From the NCBI GenBank assembly GCA_964016885.1, contig OZ024743.1, forward strand, positions 81,778,001 through 81,842,000: DNA of 64,000 nucleotides. Direction: 5' to 3'. Positions 37,077-51,600 of this stretch are shown piece by piece. Origin of the DNA: Eledone cirrhosa (Eukaryota). The notes under the pieces are model-generated. The model was not told the DNA's origin and searched no databases. It saw only the letters and a list, made by a program, of their open reading frames with translations. Within the stretch, counting starts at the first letter, position 1, and the number at the start of each line of letters is the position of its first letter. A program made the translations under genes and the position numbers.

Positions 37077-37151
37077 GCTGTGATACATATTTCAATGGGG
37101 ACAGTGGCGACACTCTTCGGTGTACCCAGTGCCGTGACATCATCAGACAGC
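37077..37151 (-). ncRNA. Type I hammerhead with extended stem II
   Basis: Minus strand: GCTGT-CTGATGA-[46-nt imperfect hairpin]-GAAA-TATGTA-TC-ACAGC, with ATTAAA 6 nt later. Confidence 0.68.
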
Positions 37152-37672
37152 TTCTTACAACTGAATTGACAAGGGAATGGACCAAGCGGGTGTTCTTGAA
37201 TCCGTCGCCCGTTCCCTTATATATATATACAAGAAAGTAGTACAGCAAAATCGGAGCTCTGGTTGTGGGCAAGCTAACGAATGCTGTCGGGAAGTGCAGC
37301 CAAAAGCACTCAATAAGGAATTTTACCTTAGAGTTATAACATTACGTTTAGACAGCTATGCAAATTGAAGACAGCGACCGAAAAGCGAGCCGTTAGGACC
37401 AGAACAACGAAAAAACCAACTCAGGGAAAAGTTTGACTGTTACCTGGACCATCATGGACATATTACATAAAATTATATAACATCTCCACTAGGTTTCTGT
37501 AAATCCGAAATCAACAAAATCCATTTGCAGGGGCCTGCAAGTTAATTGGGCTTTGGAAGATAGAACAGTGGAATTTACTTCATCAACAAGTTTTCGTTCT
37601 GTCTGCCTCCTCCGGTTGCAAGAACTAGTAGTAAGCACTACTAGTAGTCACGTGGTTTCTCCTAAGGGAGGT

Positions 37673-37886
37673 AACCTGGTGGTGCACATCTCCTTTCCCG
37701 GTCTGAATACACCAGATTTCGTCCAGAGAAGAATCGTTAGTGAAAGAATGGAAATGAGAAATAGATATAGCAGAAAAATCGACCCTAGTACTAGTTTGGT
37801 AGTTCTTTTATCGACCTCGAATGGATGAAGGGTAAAGTTTTCCTTCGCGGGATTTGAAATCAGAGAGGAGAGAGCCAAAACGAATA
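37673..37886. repeat. Left arm of a 214-bp inverted duplication (partner 41005-41218); part SINE A, part unique sequence
   Basis: Reverse-complement match with about six substitutions counted by eye. Confidence 0.92.
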
Positions 37887-38736
37887 GCGTTCCACCCTCT
37901 ACCGATACTGGCAATCCACCGACTGCCAAACAGATAATCGAATCACATAAGGTAAAATGAAGAAATAAAATATAAAAAAATAAGATAAAATAAATAATAA
38001 AATAATAAGGTACGATACAATAAAATGAAGAAGTAAAAAAAAATGAAGAAGTAAAAAAAAATAATAAATAAATGAATAAAAAGAATAAAATGCGTGTTTG
38101 TTATAGCCAATATCAAATATCAAAGAAGAATAAAGTGCGTGTGTGTTATAGCCAATATTAAAGTTTGAAAGATTTGGAAAATATTGACTGAAGTATTAAG
38201 GCTATGTGTCAGAAGCGGGAAGTGCAAAGGATTACGATTTTTACACTATCATGGGGTGGTGCGTTTTAAGAGCAAATGAGGCAAGAGTGGAGTGTAAACA
38301 CCATAACCTGAGTGTCAAAATCCGGAAATGCAGAGGATTACAGTTTTTAATTCGGCATAGAGTACATATGCGTGTATGTCAACCCACATCGTTGCAAGCC
38401 CACACGCACCAACACGGGCTCAGGTGCATCCCATATTCTCACATACCCACACACACTCAGATTATACAAACACACACACACCCATATATATACATGTATA
38501 TATATATACTCGCACACACACGCTCACACATACATACATACACACGCGCACACACACACACACACACACAGCACGCACATATGTAAGTATCAGGGCATGT
38601 ACAATCTTAAATAACAGGATCTATATATGGACATATGCATAAGTCTGTGCTGCCATAGGAGTCGATCGAGGCAGGGGTAGGGGTGCTGAAAGTGTTGGTG
38701 GGGGTTTACCGTGGGCTTGGTGTGGCGGGGCTATTG

Positions 38737-39010
38737 TCCCTATAGCTTGAGGGAAGTTCCCTTCCCAATGCGTTGTTGTTGCCCATATAGCTAGAGGAAG
38801 GTCCCGGTCCTGAGGTGTCTACATGTCCCGGGGAAGTCCCTATATCTTCAGGGAAGTTCCCATCCCAAAGTGTTGTTATTGTTCATATAGCTTGAGGAAG
38901 GTCCGGGCCTAGAGTGTCTACATGTCCCGGAGAAGTCCCTATAGCTTGAGGGAAGTTCCCCTCCCAGTGTGTTGCTATTGTCCATATAACTTGAGGTGTC
39001 TACATGTCCC
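38737..39010. repeat. ~99-bp tandem triplication at the end of the GIY-YIG ORF
   Basis: GTCCCTATAGCTTGAGGGAAGTTCCC recurs at about 38737, 38837 and 38935. Confidence 0.8.
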
Positions 39011-39345
39011 GAACAAGTCAGTTCTGAGGTTTATCAGGCTGCTTCCACCGCTGAGTATCTCGAGGGTCTCGCTCAGACATAGCTTGCAGATGCCAGATCC
39101 CCTTTTATCAGGTGGTACTTTCCTGATTTGGGACCAGGCCAGAGAGTACGGGGTCCTGTCCAGCTTGAGCTTCCAGATCAGTTCGGAAAGAGCCGTACTT
39201 TTCCTTTTGTCCTCCCTGTTAAAGGAATGGCGATGATTATACCATCGGTCCTTAAAGCTCGTTGATGTGGCTCCTATGTAAACGTGTTCAGAGTTGGGGG
39301 TTTTTACTCTACATCCGTATATTAAGTTCTTCCTTAATTTGTATT
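38975..39345 (-). mobile_element. Penelope-like element GIY-YIG endonuclease fragment
   Basis: NLIYGCRV...VYIGAT..FKDRWYNHRHSF...STALSELIWKLK...CKLCLSE..I...LINLRTDLFGTCRH; the upstream RT is replaced by a satellite. Confidence 0.88.
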
Positions 39346-40756
39346 CTACCAATACAATAGAATGTAAGGTATGAAACTCTCTACTAATACAATATAAGGT
39401 ATGAAACTCTCTACCAATACAATGTAAGGTATGAAACTCTCTACCAATACAATGTAAGGTATGAAACTCTCTACCAATACAATATAAGGTATGAAACTCT
39501 CTACCAATAGGATGTAAGGTATGAAACTCTCTACCAATAGAATGTAAGGTATGACACTCTCTACTAATACAATGTAAGGTATCAAACTCTCTACCAATAC
39601 AATATAAGGTATGAAACTCTCTACTAATAGAATGTATGGTATGAAACTCTCTACCAATAGAATGTAAGCTATGAAACTCTCTACCAATAGAATGTAAGGT
39701 ATGAAACTCTCTACCAATAGAATGTAGGGTATGAAACTCTCTACTAATAGAATGTAAGGTATGAAACTCTCTACCTATAGAATGTAAGGTATGAAACTCT
39801 CTACCAGTAGAATGTTAGGTATGAAACTCTCTACCAATAGGATGTAAGGTATGAAACTCTCTACCAATACAATGTAAGGTATCAAACTCTCTACCAATAG
39901 AATGTAAGCTATGAAACTCTCTACCAATACAATGTAAGGTATGAAACTCTCTACCAATACAATGTATGGTATGAAACTCTCTACCAATACAATGTAAGGT
40001 ATGAAAATCTCTACCAATAGAATGTATGGTATGAAACTCTCTACCAATAGAATGTAAGGTATGAAAATCTCTACTAATAGAATGTATGGTATGAAACTCT
40101 CTACCAATAGAATTTAAGATATGAAACTCTCTACCAATAGAATGTATGGTATGAAACTCTCTACCAATAGAATTTAAGATATGAAACTCTCTACCAATAG
40201 AATGTATGGTATGAAACTCTCTACCAATAGAATTTAAGATATGAAACTCTCTACCAATAGAATGTAAGGTATGAAACTCTCTACCAATAGAATGTAAGGT
40301 ATGAAACTCTTTACCAATACAATGTACGGTTTGAAACTCTCTACCAATAGAATGTAAGGTATGAAACTCTCTACCAATAAAATGTAAGGTATGAAACTCT
40401 CTACCAATAGAATGTAAGGTATGAAACTCTCTACAATAAGGTATGAAACTCTCTACTAATAGAATGTATGGTATGAAATTCTCTACCAATAGAATGTAAG
40501 GTATGAAACTCTCTACTAATAGAATGTATGGTATGAAACTCTCTACCAATAAATACAATGTATGGTATGAAACTCTCTACTAATAGAATGTATGGTATGA
40601 AACTCTCTACCAATAGAATGTATGGTATGAAACTCTCTACCAATAGAATGTAAGGTATGAAACTCTCTACTAATAGAATGTATGGTATGAAACTCTCTAC
40701 CAATAGAATGTAAGGTATGAAACTCTCTACCAATAGAATGTATGGTATGAACTCTC
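39346..40756. repeat. 30-bp minisatellite, about 47 copies
   Basis: Unit AATGTAAGGTATGAAACTCTCTACCAATAG. Confidence 0.96.
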
Positions 40757-41004
40757 TTAGGTCAACAACCCATCTGTGGTCTGTATCGGCCACCTTGAGT
40801 CAGTGATTTCCTGTTAGGTCAAACCATAACACTATACATAGAAGGCACGTCTTTTGAACCATTCTTCAGCAACTCTGTTATATTGCTTACACTTTTTCTC
40901 TTGTCCATTAATTACTGTATTTTATGCAAAATATAATTTGAGTATACTATTAGCAGGCAGCGAAATGGCTGAGTCGTTATAACGTCATATAGAATGTTTT
41001 GCAG

Positions 41005-41218
41005 TATTCGTTTTGGCTCTCTCCTCTCTGATTTCAAATCCCGCGAAGGAAAACTTTACCCTTCATCCATTCGAGGTCGATAAAAGAACTACCAAACTAG
41101 TACTAGGGTTGATTTTTCTGCTATATCTATTTCTCATTTCCATTCTATCACTAACGATTCTTCTCTGGACGCAATCTGCTGTATTCAGACCTGGAAAGGA
41201 GATGTGCACAACCAGGTT
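41005..41218. repeat. Right arm of the 214-bp inverted duplication
   Basis: See 37673-37886. Confidence 0.92.
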
Positions 41219-41609
41219 TTAAAATGCCCAAGAAAAGCCATATGTCAATACAGTACCCCTCCGACACCTTCAGGATTTACGGGAATATGCATGCATAATA
41301 TGAGGCTGGTTTCTGAAGTTACAATAACGGGTACTACGTCTTTTTGTATGATATATATTAAGTACAGCCATATATATGTAAATATTTTTCTAAACCTACA
41401 CCATGTTGTGCTTCAAAATCTCGATTTCACACATAAAAGACGCCGGGTGTGTCGAAATATTTTTGTGTTCGTTCTTCACAAATAAATTCCCAATACAGTC
41501 GAAGAAGGTGTCATGCTTAGGTGACTAAGGGAGATAATTATGTTGAGCTTGTATGTTTCTGTTTTTGAGAAATTAAGTAAAAATATAGCTAGGTCTCAAT
41601 ATACATTTT

Positions 41610-41723
<114 letters not shown>

Positions 41724-42509
41724 TCTGCATGACGTGGAATCTGCTGATGAAACAATGCCACAGACCCAGAGGAAAATCGACTAAAAGCAATTTGAAGTGT
41801 TATAACTATAAAGAGAATTCATTTAAAGTATATTATTTAAATCAGCCACAATTATTGATGACAGGGGTATACTATACATAATACACATCTGCCATAACTA
41901 TAAATAGTAAAAAAAAAGAAATAGTCTCTGGTTGGTATGAATAAAATATTAAATAGAGTTGTGATAATTGGTGAACTACTGTTGAAACATCAAACAGCCA
42001 ACAGAACCATTTAAAACTGCACAAATTAATAAATTTTAATAGGTCTGGTCATAAAAGTACAGCATAGAACATATATAGAGTAAGTGTAAGAATGCATCGT
42101 GAGACGGCATCAGACATATGTTAGAATAGCAAAACAGGTGTTGGAGACTATAAAAGACAACAATTATATCAGCCATAAATAAAAGACATCAAACAGAACC
42201 GTCACAAGTGCACCGTTCTACTCGGGGGAATTTCAATATTGCAAGTGTTATAAACAAGAGAAAGAAAAAAAATTACTATAAAATGATTTCAACGAAAATA
42301 CTTTTAAAATAATGGCTATTCCATCTCTTCGAATACGAAATACTGTTATATAGTTGCGGGTATTGTCGTACAAAAACATTAAATATATGTCAAGTGTGTA
42401 TACACTCTGTTTTTCATATATAAAACGTGTATATAGTCTGTTTCTCGTATATAATATAAACAACATTGATCCGACTGACTCAACGTTTCGTACAATCTTT
42501 CTGTAGAAT

Positions 42510-42600
42510 GTTGTAGTTAGGACGTTCCTGTTCCACGGTCACGTGGACGAGAGTTCGATTCCCGGTACTGCGTTGTGTCTTTAACACACCTTATTTCACG
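42510..42600 (+). mobile_element. SINE family B head running directly into the 28-bp satellite
   Basis: B-box GTTCGATTCC at 42553-42562, then CGTTGTGTCTTTAACACACCTTATTTCACG. Confidence 0.7.
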
Positions 42601-45600
42601 TTATGTCTTTAAGTCACTTTATTTCACGTTCTTTCTTTAAGACACCTTATTTCACGTTGTGTCTTTAAGATACCTTATTTCACGTTATGTCTTTAACACA
42701 CCTTATTTCACGTTATGTCTTTAACACACCTTATTTCAGGTTATGTCTTTAAGACACTTTATTTCACGTTAATTCTTTAACACACCTTATTTCACATTGT
42801 GACTTTAAGACACTTTATTTCACGTTATGTCTTTAACACACCTTATTTCACATGGTGTCTTTAAGATACCTTATATCACGTTATGTCTTTAACACACCTT
42901 ATTTCACGTTGTGTCTTTAAGACACCTTATTTCAGGTTATGTCTTTAAGACACCTTATTTCAGGTTATGTCTTTAAGACACATTATTTCACGTTGTGTCT
43001 TTAAGACACCTTATTTCACGTTGTGTCTTTCAGTCAGCTTATTTCACATTATGTCTTTAACACGCCTTATTTCACGTTATGTCTTTAAGACACCTTATTT
43101 GACGTTATGTCTTCAAGACACCTTATTTCACGTTATGTCTGTAAGACACCTTATTTCACGTTGTGTCTTTAAGACACCTTATTTCATGTTATCTCTTTAA
43201 CACACCTTATTTCAGATTATGTCTTTAAGACACCTTATTTCACGTTATGTATTTAACACACCTTATTTCACGTTGTGCCTTTAAGTCACCTTATTTCACT
43301 TTATGTCTTTAACACACCTTATTTCACGTTATGTATTTAAGACACCTTATTTCACGTTATGTTTTTAAGACACCTTATTTCAGGTTGTGTCTTTAAGACA
43401 CCTTATTTCACGTTATCTCTTTAACACACCTTATTTCAGGTTATGTCTTTAAGACACCTTATTTCACGTTATGTATTTAACACACCTTATTTCACGTTAT
43501 GCCTTTAACAGACATTATTTCACGTTATGTCTTTAACACACCTCATTTGACGTTATGGCTTTAAGAAACCTTATTTCACGTTGTGTTTTAAGACACCTTA
43601 TTTCACGTTGTGTCTTTCAGTCAGCTTATTTCACATTATGTCTTTAACACGCCTTATTTCACGTTATGTCTTTAAGACACCTTATTTGACGTTATGTCTT
43701 CAAGACACCTTATTTCACGTTATGTCTGTAAGACACCTTATTTCACGTTGTGTCTTTAAGACACCTTATTTCATGTTATCTCTTTAACACACCTTATTTC
43801 AGGTTATGTCTTTAAGACACCTTATTTCACGTTATGTATTTAACACACCTTATTTCACGTTGTGTCTTTAAGTCACCTTATTTCACTTTATGTCTTTAAC
43901 ACACCTTATTTCACGTTATGTCTTTAAGACACCTTATTTCACGTTATGTTTTTAAGACACCTTATTTCACGTTGTGTCTTTAAGACACCTTATTTCACGG
44001 TATCTCTTTAACACACCTTATTTCAGGTTATGTCTTTAAGACACCTTATTTCACGTTATGTATTTAACACACCTTATTTCACGTTATGCCTTTAACAGAC
44101 ATTATTTCACGTTATGTCTTTAACACACCTTATTTGACGTTATGTCTTTAAGAAACCTTATTTCACGTTGTGTCTTTAAGACACCTTATTTCACGTTGTG
44201 TCTTTAAGCCAACTTGTTTCACGTTATGTCTTTAACACACCTTATTTCACGTTGTTTTTTAACACAACTTATTTCACGTTGTGTCTTTAAGTCACCTTAT
44301 ATCACGTTATGTCGTTAAGACAACTTATTTCACGTTACGTCTTTAACACACCTTGTTTCACGTTATGTCTTTAACACACCTGATTTCACGTTATGTCTTT
44401 AACACACCTTGTTTCACGTTATGTTTTAAGACACCTTATTTCACGTTGTATCTTTAACACACCTTATATCACGTTATGTCTTTAAGACAACTTATTTCAC
44501 GTTACGTCTTTAACAGACCTTGTTTCACGTTATGTCTTTAACACACCTTATTTCACGTTATGTCTTTAACACACCTTGTTCAACGTTATGTCTTTAAGAC
44601 ATCATATTTCACGTTGTGTCTTTAACACCCGTTATTTCATGTTATGTCTTTAACACACCTTATTTCACGTTATGTCTTTAACACACCTTATTTCACGTTA
44701 TGTCTTTAACACTCCTTGTTTCACGTTGTGTCTTCAAGACACCTTATTTCACGTTATGTCTTTAAGACACCTTATTTCACGTTGTGTCTTTAAGACACCT
44801 TATTTCACGTTATCTCTTTAACACACCTTATTTCAGGTTATGTCTTTAAGACACCTTATTTCACGTTATGTCTTTAACACACCTTTTTTCACTTTATGAC
44901 TTTAACACACCTTATTTCACGTTATTTCTTTAAGAAAGCCTTATTTCACGTTATGTCTTTAAGGCACCTTATTTCACGTTTTGTCTTTAAGACACCTTAT
45001 TTCACGTTATGTCTTTGACACCTTATTTCACGTTATGTCTTTAACATACCTTGTTTCACGTTATATCTTTAAGACACATTATTTCACAAGCTTTCCAGCA
45101 TAGTTACGTTCCTTTACGATCTAAGTTCAAATCCCGCCGAGGTTCACTTTGCCTTTCATCTTTACGGGGTCGATAAGATAACTTACACTGGGTAATTGTT
45201 TGCACTGGGTAATTGCTGGCCTTGTGACTAAAGTAGAAGCAGTTATGTCTTTAACACACCTTATTTCACGTTATGTCTTGAAGACACCTTATTTCACGTT
45301 ATGTCTTTAACCCACCTTATTTCACGTTATGTCTTTAAGACACTTTATCTCAGGTTGTGTCTTTAAGACAACTTCTTTCACGTTACTTCTTTAACACACC
45401 TTATTTCATGTTATGTCTTTAACACACCTTATTTCACGTTATATCTTTAACACACCTTATGTCACGTTATGTCTTTAACTCACCTTTTTTCACATTATGA
45501 CTTTAACACACCTTATTTCACGTTCTGTCTTTAAGTCACCTTATTTCACGTTCTGTCTTTAAGTCACCTTATTTCACGTTATATCTTTAAGACATCTTAT

Positions 45601-48600
45601 TTCACGTTATGTCTTTAACACACCTTATTTCACGTTATGTCTTTAACACACCTTATTTCACGTTATGCCTTTAAGACACATTATTTCACGTTATGTCTTT
45701 GACACCTTATTTCACGTTATGTCTTTAACACACTTTATTTCACGTTATATCTTTAAGACACATTATTTCACATGCTTTCCAGCATAGTTACCTCCCTTTA
45801 CGATCTGAGTTCAAATCCCGCCGAGTTTGACTTTGCCTCTCATCCTTACGGGGTCGATAAGATAAATTACCAGTAATGCACTGGGTTTTTGCTGGCCTTG
45901 TGCCTAAAGTAGAAGCAGTTATGTCTTTAACGTTATTGTTTCTTTAAGATACGTTATTTCACGTTGTCCCTTTGACACACCTTATTAGACGTCTTTAAAC
46001 ACTCCTTATTTCACGTTGTGTCTTTAAGTCACCTTATTTCAGGTTATGTCTTTAAGACATCTTATTTCACGTCATGTCTTTAAACACTTTATTTCACATA
46101 TTGCTTTAACACACCTTATTTCACGTTATGTTTTTAAGACAACTTATTTCACGTTGTGTCTTTAAGACACATTTTTTCACGTTATGTCTTTACCACACCT
46201 TATTTCACGTTGTCTTTAAGACACCTTATTTAACGTTCTGTCTTTAACACACCTTATTTCACGTTATGTCTTTAACACACCTTATTTCACATTATGTATT
46301 TAAGACACCTTATTTCACGCTATGTCTTTTAAGACACCTTATTTCACGTTGTCTCTTTGACACACCTTATTTCACCGTGCGTCTTTAAGTCACCCTATAT
46401 CAGGTTATGTCTTTAAGACTTCTTATTTGACGTCATGACTTTAAGACACCTTATTTCCTATTGTGTCTTTAACAAACCTTATTTCACGTTATGTCTTTAA
46501 AACACCTTATTTCACGTTGTGTCTTTAACACACCTTATTTCACGTTGTCTCTTTAACACACTTTATTTCACGTTGTCTCTTTGACACACCTTATTTCACG
46601 TCTGTAAACACTCCTTATTTCACGTTGTGTCTTTAAGTCACCTTATTTCAGGTTATGTCTTTAAGACATCTTATTTCACGTCATGTCTTTAAACACTTTA
46701 TTTCACATAATGCTTTAACACACCTTATTTCACGTTATGTTTTTAAGACAACTTATTTCACGTTGTGTCTTTAAGACACCTTATTTCACGTTTCTTTTAA
46801 CACACTTTATTTCACGTTATATCTTTAAGACACCTTATTTCAAGTTATGTCTTTAGGACATGTTATTTCACGTTCCGTCTTTAAGATACCTTATTTCACG
46901 TTCTGTCTTTAAGTCACCGTAATTCACGTTCTATCTTTAAGACACCTTATTTCATGTTATGTCTTTAAGCACCTTATTTCACGTAGTGTCTTTAACACAC
47001 CTTATTTCACGTTTTGTCTTTAAGACACCTTATTTCACGTTTTGTCTTTAAGACACCTTATTTCACGTTATATCTTTAAGACACCTTATTTCACGTTCTG
47101 TCTTTAAGTCACATTGTTTCACGTTATGTCTTTAAGACACCTTATTTCACGTTGTGTCTTTAAGTCACCTTATTTCACGTTATCTCTTTAAGACACCTTA
47201 TTTCACGTTATGTATTTAAGACACATTATTTCACGTTATGTCTTTAAGAGACCTTATTTCACGTTCTGTCTTTAACACACATTATTTCACGTTGTGTTTT
47301 AACACACCTTAATTCACGTTATGTCTTTAAGACACATTTTTTAGCGTTATGTCTTTACCACACCTTATTTCCCGTTGTCTTTAAGACACCTTATTTAACG
47401 TTCTGTCTTTAACACACCTTATTTCACGTTATGTCTTTAACACACCTTATTTCACGTTATGTATTTAAGACACATTATTTCACGTTATGTCTTTTAAGAC
47501 ACCTTATTTCACGTTGTCTCTTTGACACACCTTATTTCACCGTGCGTCTTTAAGTCACCCTATATCAGGTTATGTCTTTAAGACATCTTATTTGACGTCA
47601 TGACTTTAAGACACCTTATTTCCTATTGTGTCTTTAACAAACCTTATTTCACGTTATGTCTTTAAAACACCTTATTTCACGTTGTGTCTTTAACACACCT
47701 TATTTCACGTTATAACTTTAAGACACATTATTTCACAAGCTTTCCAGCATAGTTACGTTCCTTTACGATCTAAGTTCAAATCCCGCCGAGGTTCACTTTG
47801 CCTTTCATCTTTACGGGGTCGATAAGATAACTTACACTGGGTAATTGTTTGCACTGGGTAATTGCTGGCCTTGTGACTAAAGTAGAAGCAGTTATGTCTT
47901 TAACACACCTTATTTCACGTTATGTCTTGAAGACACCTTATTTCACGTTATGTCTTTAACCCACCTTATTTCACGTTATGTCTTTAAGACACTTTATCTC
48001 AGGTTGTGTCTTTAAGACAACTTCTTTCACGTTACTTCTTTAACACACCTTATTTCATGTTATGTCTTTAACACACCTTATTTCACGTTATATCTTTAAC
48101 ACACCTTATGTCACGTTATGTCTTTAACTCACCTTTTTTCACATTATGACTTTAACACACCTTATTTCACGTTCTGTCTTTAAGTCACCTTATTTCACGT
48201 TCTGTCTTTAAGTCACCTTATTTCACGTTATATCTTTAAGACATCTTATTTCACGTTATGTCTTTAACACACCTTATTTCACGTTATGTCTTTAACACAC
48301 CTTATTTCACGTTATGCCTTTAAGACACATTATTTCACGTTATGTCTTTGACACCTTATTTCACGTTATGTCTTTAACACACTTTATTTCACGTTATATC
48401 TTTAAGACACATTATTTCACATGCTTTCCAGCATAGTTACCTCCCTTTACGATCTGAGTTCAAATCCCGCCGAGTTTGACTTTGCCTCTCATCCTTACGG
48501 GGTCGATAAGATAAATTACCAGTAATGCACTGGGTTTTTGCTGGCCTTGTGCCTAAAGTAGAAGCAGTTATGTCTTTAACGTTATTGTTCCTTTAAGATA

Positions 48601-51600
48601 CGTTATTTCACGTTGTCCCTTTGACACACCTTATTACACGTCTTTAAACACTCCTTATTTCACGTTGTGTCTTTAAGTCACCTTATTTCAGGTTATGTCT
48701 TTAAGACATCTTATTTCACGTCATGTCTTTAAACACTTTATTTCACATAATGCTTTAACACACCTTATTTCACGTTATGTTTTTAAGACAACTTATTTCA
48801 CGTTGTGTCTTTAAGACACCTTATTTCACGTTTCTTTTAACACACTTTATTTCACGTTATATCTTTAAGAAACCTTATTTCACGTTATGTCTTTAGGACA
48901 TGTTATTTCACGTTCCGTCTTTAAGACACCTTATTTCACATTCTGTCTTTAAGATACCTTATTTCACGTTCTGTCTTTAAGTCACCGTATTTCACGTTCT
49001 ATCTTTAAGACAACTTATTTCATGTTATGTCTTTAAGCACCTTATTTCACGTAGTGTCTTTAACACACCTTATTTCACGTTTTGTCTTTAAGACACCTTA
49101 TTTCACGTTATATCTTTAAGACACCTTATTTCACGTTCTGTCTTTAAGTCACATTGTTTCACGTTATGTCTTTAAGACACCTTATTTCACGTTGTGTCTT
49201 TAAGTCACCTTATTTCACGTTATCTCTTTAAGACACCTTATTTCACGTTATGTATTTAAGACACATTATTTCACGTTATGTCTTTAAGAGACCTTATTTC
49301 ACGTTCTGTCTTTAACACACATTATTTCACGTTGTGTTTTAACACACCTTAATTCACGTTATGTCTTTAAGACACATTTTTTCACGTTATGTCTTTACCA
49401 CACCTTATTTCACGTTGTCTTTAAGACACCTTATTTAACGTTCTGTCTTTAACACACCTTATTTCACGTTATGTCTTTAACACACCTTATTTCACGTTAT
49501 GTATTTAAGACACATTATTTCACGTTATGTCTTTTAAGACACCTTATTTCACGTTGTCTCTTTGACACACCTTATTTCACCGTGCGTCTTTAAGTCACCC
49601 TATATCAGGTTATGTCTTTAAGACATCTTATTTGACGTCATGACTTTAAGACACCTTATTTCCTATTGTGTCTTTAACAAACCTTATTTCACGTTATGTC
49701 TTTAAAACACCTTATTTCACGTTGTGCCTTTAACACACCTTATTTCACGTTGTCTCTTTAACACACTTTATTTCACGTTGTCTCTTTGACACACCTTATT
49801 TCACGTCTTTAAACACTACTAATTTCACGTTGTGTCTTTAAGTCACCTTACTTCAGGTTATTTCTTTAAGACATCTTACTTCACGTCATGTCTTTAAGAC
49901 ACCTTATTTCACATTCTGTCTTTAAAATACCATATTTCTCGTTCTGTCTTTAAGCACCTTATTTTACGTAGTGTCTTTAACACACCTTATTTCACGTTAT
50001 GTCTTTAAGACACCTTATATCACGTTGTGTCTTTAAGACACCTTATTTCACGTTCTGTCTTTAAGACACCTTATTTCACGTTATATCTTTAAGACACCTT
50101 ATTTCACGTTCTGTCTTTAAGGCACATTATTTCACGTTATGTCTTTAAGACACCTTATTTCACGTTGTGTCTTTAAATTTACCTTCTTTCACGCTATCGC
50201 TTTAAGACACCTTATTTCACGTTATGTCTTTAAGACACCTTACTTCACGTTATTTCTTTAACAGACCTTATTTCACGTTCTGTCTTTAACACACATTATT
50301 TCACGTTGTGTCTTTAACACACCTTATTTCACGTTATGTCTGTAAGACACCTTATTTCACGTTGTCTCTTTAATATACCTTATTTAACGTTATCTCTTTA
50401 ATCTTCCTTATTTCACGTTATGTCTTTAAGCCATCTTATTTCACGTTATGTCTTTAACACATCTTATTTCACGTTCTGTCTTTAAGACACCTTATTTCAA
50501 GTTGTGTCTTTAAGACACCTTATTTCACGTTCTGTCTTTAACACGCCTTATTTCACGTTCTGTCTTTAACACGCCTTATTTCACGTTGTGTCTTTAAGTC
50601 ACCTTATTTCACGTTCTGTCTTTAAGACACCTTATTTCACGTTTTCCCTTTAAGACACCTTTTTTCACGTTATGACTTTAACACACCTTATTTCACGTTA
50701 TGTCGTTAAGACACATTATTTCACGTTATGTCTTTAAGACTCCTTATTTCACGTTTGGTCTTTATGTCACCCTTTTTCAGGTTATGTCTTTAAGACATCT
50801 TATTTCACGTCATGTCTTTAACACACCTTATTTCACGTTATGTTTTTAAGACAACTTATTTCACGTTGTGTCTTTAAGACACCTTATTTCACGTTGTGTT
50901 TTAACACACCTTATTTCACGTTATGTCTTTAAAACCCCTTATTGCACCTTCTGTCTTTAAGACACCTTATTTCACGTTCTGTCTTTAAGACCCCTTATTT
51001 CACGTTGTGTCTTTAAGACACCTTATTTCACGTTCTGTCTTTAACACACCTTATTTCACGTTGTGTCTTTAAGTCACCTTATTTCACGTTCTGTCTTTAA
51101 GACACCTTATTTCACGTTTTGCCTTTAAGACACCTTTTTTCACGTTATGACTTTAACACACCTTATTTCACGTTATGTCGTTAAGACACATTATTTCACG
51201 TTATGTCTTTAAGACTCCTTATTTCACGTTGTCTTTAAGTCACCCTATTTCAGGTTATGTCTTTAAGACATCTTATTTCACGTCATGTCTTTAACACACC
51301 TTATTTCACGTTATGTTTTTAAGACAACTTATTTCACGTTGTGTCTTTAAGACAACTTATTTCACGTTGTGTTTTAACACACCTTATTTCACGTTATGTC
51401 TTTAAGACCCCTTATTGCACCTTTTGTCTTTAAGACACCTTATTTCACGTTATGTCTTTAAGACACCTTATTTCACGTTGTCTCTTTAACACACCTTATT
51501 TCACGTTATGTCTTTAAGACACATTATTTCACGTTATATCTTTAAGACACCTTATTTCACGTTGTCTCTTTAAGACACCTTATTTCACGTTATGTCTTTA

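Noticed and set aside
39346-40793. LVESFIPYI and GREFHTLHSI repeat ORFs as a repeat protein
   Set aside because: Translations of the 30-bp satellite, broken by indels and without domain context.
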